A stretch of DNA of 64,000 bases, taken from assembly GCA_013239625.1 (NCBI GenBank), contig MU055356.1, forward strand, positions 3,612,575-3,676,574, in the 5' to 3' direction. The notes below the pieces were generated by a model that saw nothing but the letters and a program-made list of their open reading frames with translations, did not search any database and was not told where the DNA came from. Positions 63,956-64,000 of the stretch are shown one piece after another. The stretch comes from Lama guanicoe (Eukaryota). Position 1 is the stretch's first letter, and each line of letters starts with the position of its first letter. Both the position numbers and the translations under genes were made by a program.

Positions 63956-64000
63956 TTTGCTCTGTGTTGGCTGAAGTCTCTTAGACTTCGCACGAGGCTT
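63956..64000 (-). pseudogene. Exon relic A (partial): KPRAKSKRLQPTQSK, phase-0 end
   Basis: 15 open codons to AAA|GTGAGT consensus donor; truncated by the window edge, so the frame is inferred from the next exons. Confidence 0.6.

Larger units (their letters stand above)
30779..64000 (-). pseudogene. Decayed multi-exon gene (3' portion, ~16 exon relics), protein family not recognised; 5' end outside the window
   Basis: Co-oriented minus-strand segments bounded by AG and GT, many with polypyrimidine tracts and near-consensus donors (GTGAGT, GTAAGA, GTAAGT, GTATGT, GTAAAT). Intron phases chain across most junctions; in-frame stops and frameshifts occur in several exons. Confidence 0.7.

Noticed and set aside
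30779-64000. Argument that the in-frame stops are 'one C>T away' from Gln/Arg codons
   Set aside because: True of every stop codon, so it is not evidence for coding ancestry.

Overview
Mammalian genomic DNA, most likely camelid (Camelus/Vicugna/Lama), judged from tRNA-Ala-like SINEs with the AATAAACCTAATTACC tail and young camelid-type L1 3' ends. It is mostly AT-rich sequence filled with eutherian repeats (L1, L2, MIR, MaLR/ERVL LTRs, a near full-length Tigger1, a Tigger2 derivative, hAT MERs) and has six N gaps. I recognise no intact protein-coding gene. Most ORF-track entries are chance, repeat-derived or read through gaps. The main result is a chain of about 16 exon-like segments on the minus strand, from the window end (64000) to about 30700. 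Most have AG/GT boundaries and mostly compatible intron phases, but they carry scattered in-frame stops and some frameshifts. This looks like the 3' part of a decayed multi-exon gene (unitary pseudogene, possibly now a spliced lncRNA) whose identity I cannot name; its 5' end lies beyond the window. Other notable items are a U6 snRNA/L1 chimeric retrocopy, a SINE-head/L1-tail chimera inside one TSD pair, a strong CTCF-type motif and a motif-dense ERVL LTR. All exon and repeat calls were made by eye and need computational confirmation.
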